A stretch of DNA of 63,146 bases, the filler included, from Nemertoderma westbladi (lineage: Eukaryota > Animalia > Xenacoelomorpha), in assembly GCA_032718475.1 (NCBI GenBank). It is 4 parts of 4 records of this genome, joined end to end, with 100 filler letters (N's around TTAATTAATTAA, not from the genome) between each part and the next. Parts side by side here need not be neighbours in the genome. Positions count along the whole stretch, not along the records: positions 58,869 to 63,146 come from JAUCBJ010000836.1; 3 more parts are not named here. One strand, given 5' to 3'. The first letter of the stretch is position 1. Each line of letters begins with the position of its first letter. The notes beneath the pieces are model-generated. The model was not told the origin of the DNA. It saw nothing but the letters and a program-made list of their open reading frames with translations, and made no database searches. The position numbers were made by a program, and so were the translations under genes. This document shows positions 61,300-63,146 of this stretch, piece by piece.

Positions 61300-62616
61300 C
61301 GTAATGTCGCATTCTCCGAGTGGATACGGCGCCTGAACTGTTTACACAATAGTGTTTGTTGGTGCAGGTTCGAATCCGACTAAAGGCTGTAGAAATTTCG
61401 TACTGTTGTGTCCCTAGGCAAGACACTTTAGACATTAGTGCCTACGCCAACCCAGCGGTATAATGGGAACCTGGCTTTGCTGGGGTAATGATAATAAAAT
61501 CGCTTTGAGTATGCTGAGCGTTTTAATGTTGATGGTGACACAGAACCATTTGAAGTGTTATGGGGCGTCCTCCAGGGAGACACACTTGCACCATTCTTGT
61601 TCATAATTGTGGTTGACTATGTTCTACGCATGTCCTTAGATCATCATAATGATGATGGGGTGATGATAACTCCACCTACTGGCTCCAGAAGTCGAGGAAA
61701 TCCTGCCAAGTACCTAACTGATCTAAACTTTGCTGATGACTTAGGAGTACTCTCAGAATCACTAGAGGGAGCCCAACGGCTCCTCAGCTCATTAGAACAT
61801 GCTGCTTCTAGTGTTGGTCTTTTTATTAACTCCAGAAAGACCAATATTTTGACAGTTAACCTTGAAAGTCCTCAGCAAGTCTCTGATCGGATGAGCATAA
61901 GCTCAAAGGATGGTATGCTTGAGCATGTGGACGACTTCTGTTACCTGGGATCATGGATCGGAAGTCAGGTGAGGACCTTCGAATACGTAAGGGAAAGGCA
62001 TGGGCAGCCTTGAATAGGCTTTCCAGGATTTGGAAGTCACCTAGAATTAATCGGAAACTTAAGGTCCGATTATTTAGAGCAGCAGTAGTTCCAGTACTCC
62101 TCTATGGGAGTCCATGCTGGGCTCTAACTGCTGAGGACACCAAATCTCTGGATGGCACATTCACAAGAATGCTACGCCGGGTTCATTGTGTCAAGTACAA
62201 TGCACACATCTCCAACCAGACACTATATAACATTGGAGGTTTCTCATTGGTTCCCCCAAGCTTGACACTAGAACAAAATCGCCTCCGCTTTGCAGGACAT
62301 TGCTTTCGCCGTGAGGACCAGCCAGTGCATAATCTTGTACTTTGGCAGCCTCATGGAGTGAATAAGCATGGTGGACAGCCCATGACTTTCTTGAGACGCA
62401 TCTTAAAGGACACTGGCCTTGAAGATGCGGATGATCTAGCAAATGTCATGGGTGATAGGGAGTTGTGGCGGCGCAATTTTGTCGACAAGCCGGCACAGCA
62501 TTCTTAAAAATGCAGCTGCAATGCAGCATGCCGATACTACTAGTAGTAGTAGTAGTAGTAGAGCGTAGAAAGGCGCTATATAAATAACCAATATTATTAT
62601 TATTATTATTATTTAT
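61300..62616 (+). mobile_element. tRNA-derived SINE split by an RTE insertion
   Basis: B-box GGTTCGAATCC near 61367; TGTTGTGTCCCTAGGCAAGACACTT core; tail CGCTTTGAG...AAAGGCGCTATATAAAT(ATT)n resumes after 62566. Confidence 0.7.
61522..62560 (+). mobile_element. 5'-truncated RTE-clade LINE
   Basis: GVLQGDTLAP, FADD, YLGS, LLYGS..W, RLRFAGHC; one frameshift; (TAG)n tail 62541-62560; TSD GAGCGT at 61516-61521 and 62561-62566. Confidence 0.9.
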
Positions 62617-63146
62617 TTAATAGATTAAGTAACTTTGCTTTAGGTTATATAATACTGAGAGCGTGTATTATGTAATAACGAAACAAATAAATGAACCCTT
62701 ACGGGTTCCTTTGATTGATTGATTGATTGAAATGGTAATTTTGAATGTGCCCTCTGCGGCACGAAAAAAAAACAAGTAGTGCAAATATGATAATGAAGAA
62801 TCACCACAAAATCTGATCTGATCTGACAGCATCTGATCCTATAACCAATCAGGAGAAAGAGATATAATATTTAGGTACCTAACTGTCTGTTAGGTAAATA
62901 GCCAATAGCTGAATAGGGGATCACGTTTCATGTTGCCCTGTTACGTATCAGTATCATCATATGACGTAGCAATACAGGAATACCGGTATGCATCTAATGC
63001 ACAAAGGCATGTTATTATTTATTAAAAATGCGATATAGGATGAAGGTTTGTTACGTACGCTAAAGGCAGAAAGGGAAGGCAGGAAGGGGTATATCTCTAG
63101 GCCTACTGTGTAGTGTACAGTATATATGCAGAAACACTTACCTTAC

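Overview
Repeat-rich, AT-rich invertebrate (metazoan) genomic DNA, joined from at least four contigs by artificial N/TTAATTAATTAA/N spacers. Host genes: a 19-finger C2H2 zinc-finger gene, a multi-exon CYP3-clan-like cytochrome P450 on the minus strand (9 exons traced, heme-binding exon not found), and an intronless NOC4L. The rest is nested transposons (RTE, CR1/L2, Gypsy and Penelope remnants, a SINE, MITEs, Helentron-like elements) and satellites. The main result is three copies of one BEL/Pao LTR retrotransposon family with two unusual properties. (i) There is no tRNA primer-binding site. Instead, the sequence just inside the 5' LTR is complementary to a segment of the LTR itself, with compensatory changes between copies, which points to tRNA-independent self-priming. 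(ii) The most complete copy carries an intact 853-aa third ORF in the env position, with a DEDDy-type 3'-5' exonuclease domain and three CCHC knuckles. Separately, a 4.7-kb intronic satellite in the P450 gene is an amplification of that gene's own exon-4 splice donor.
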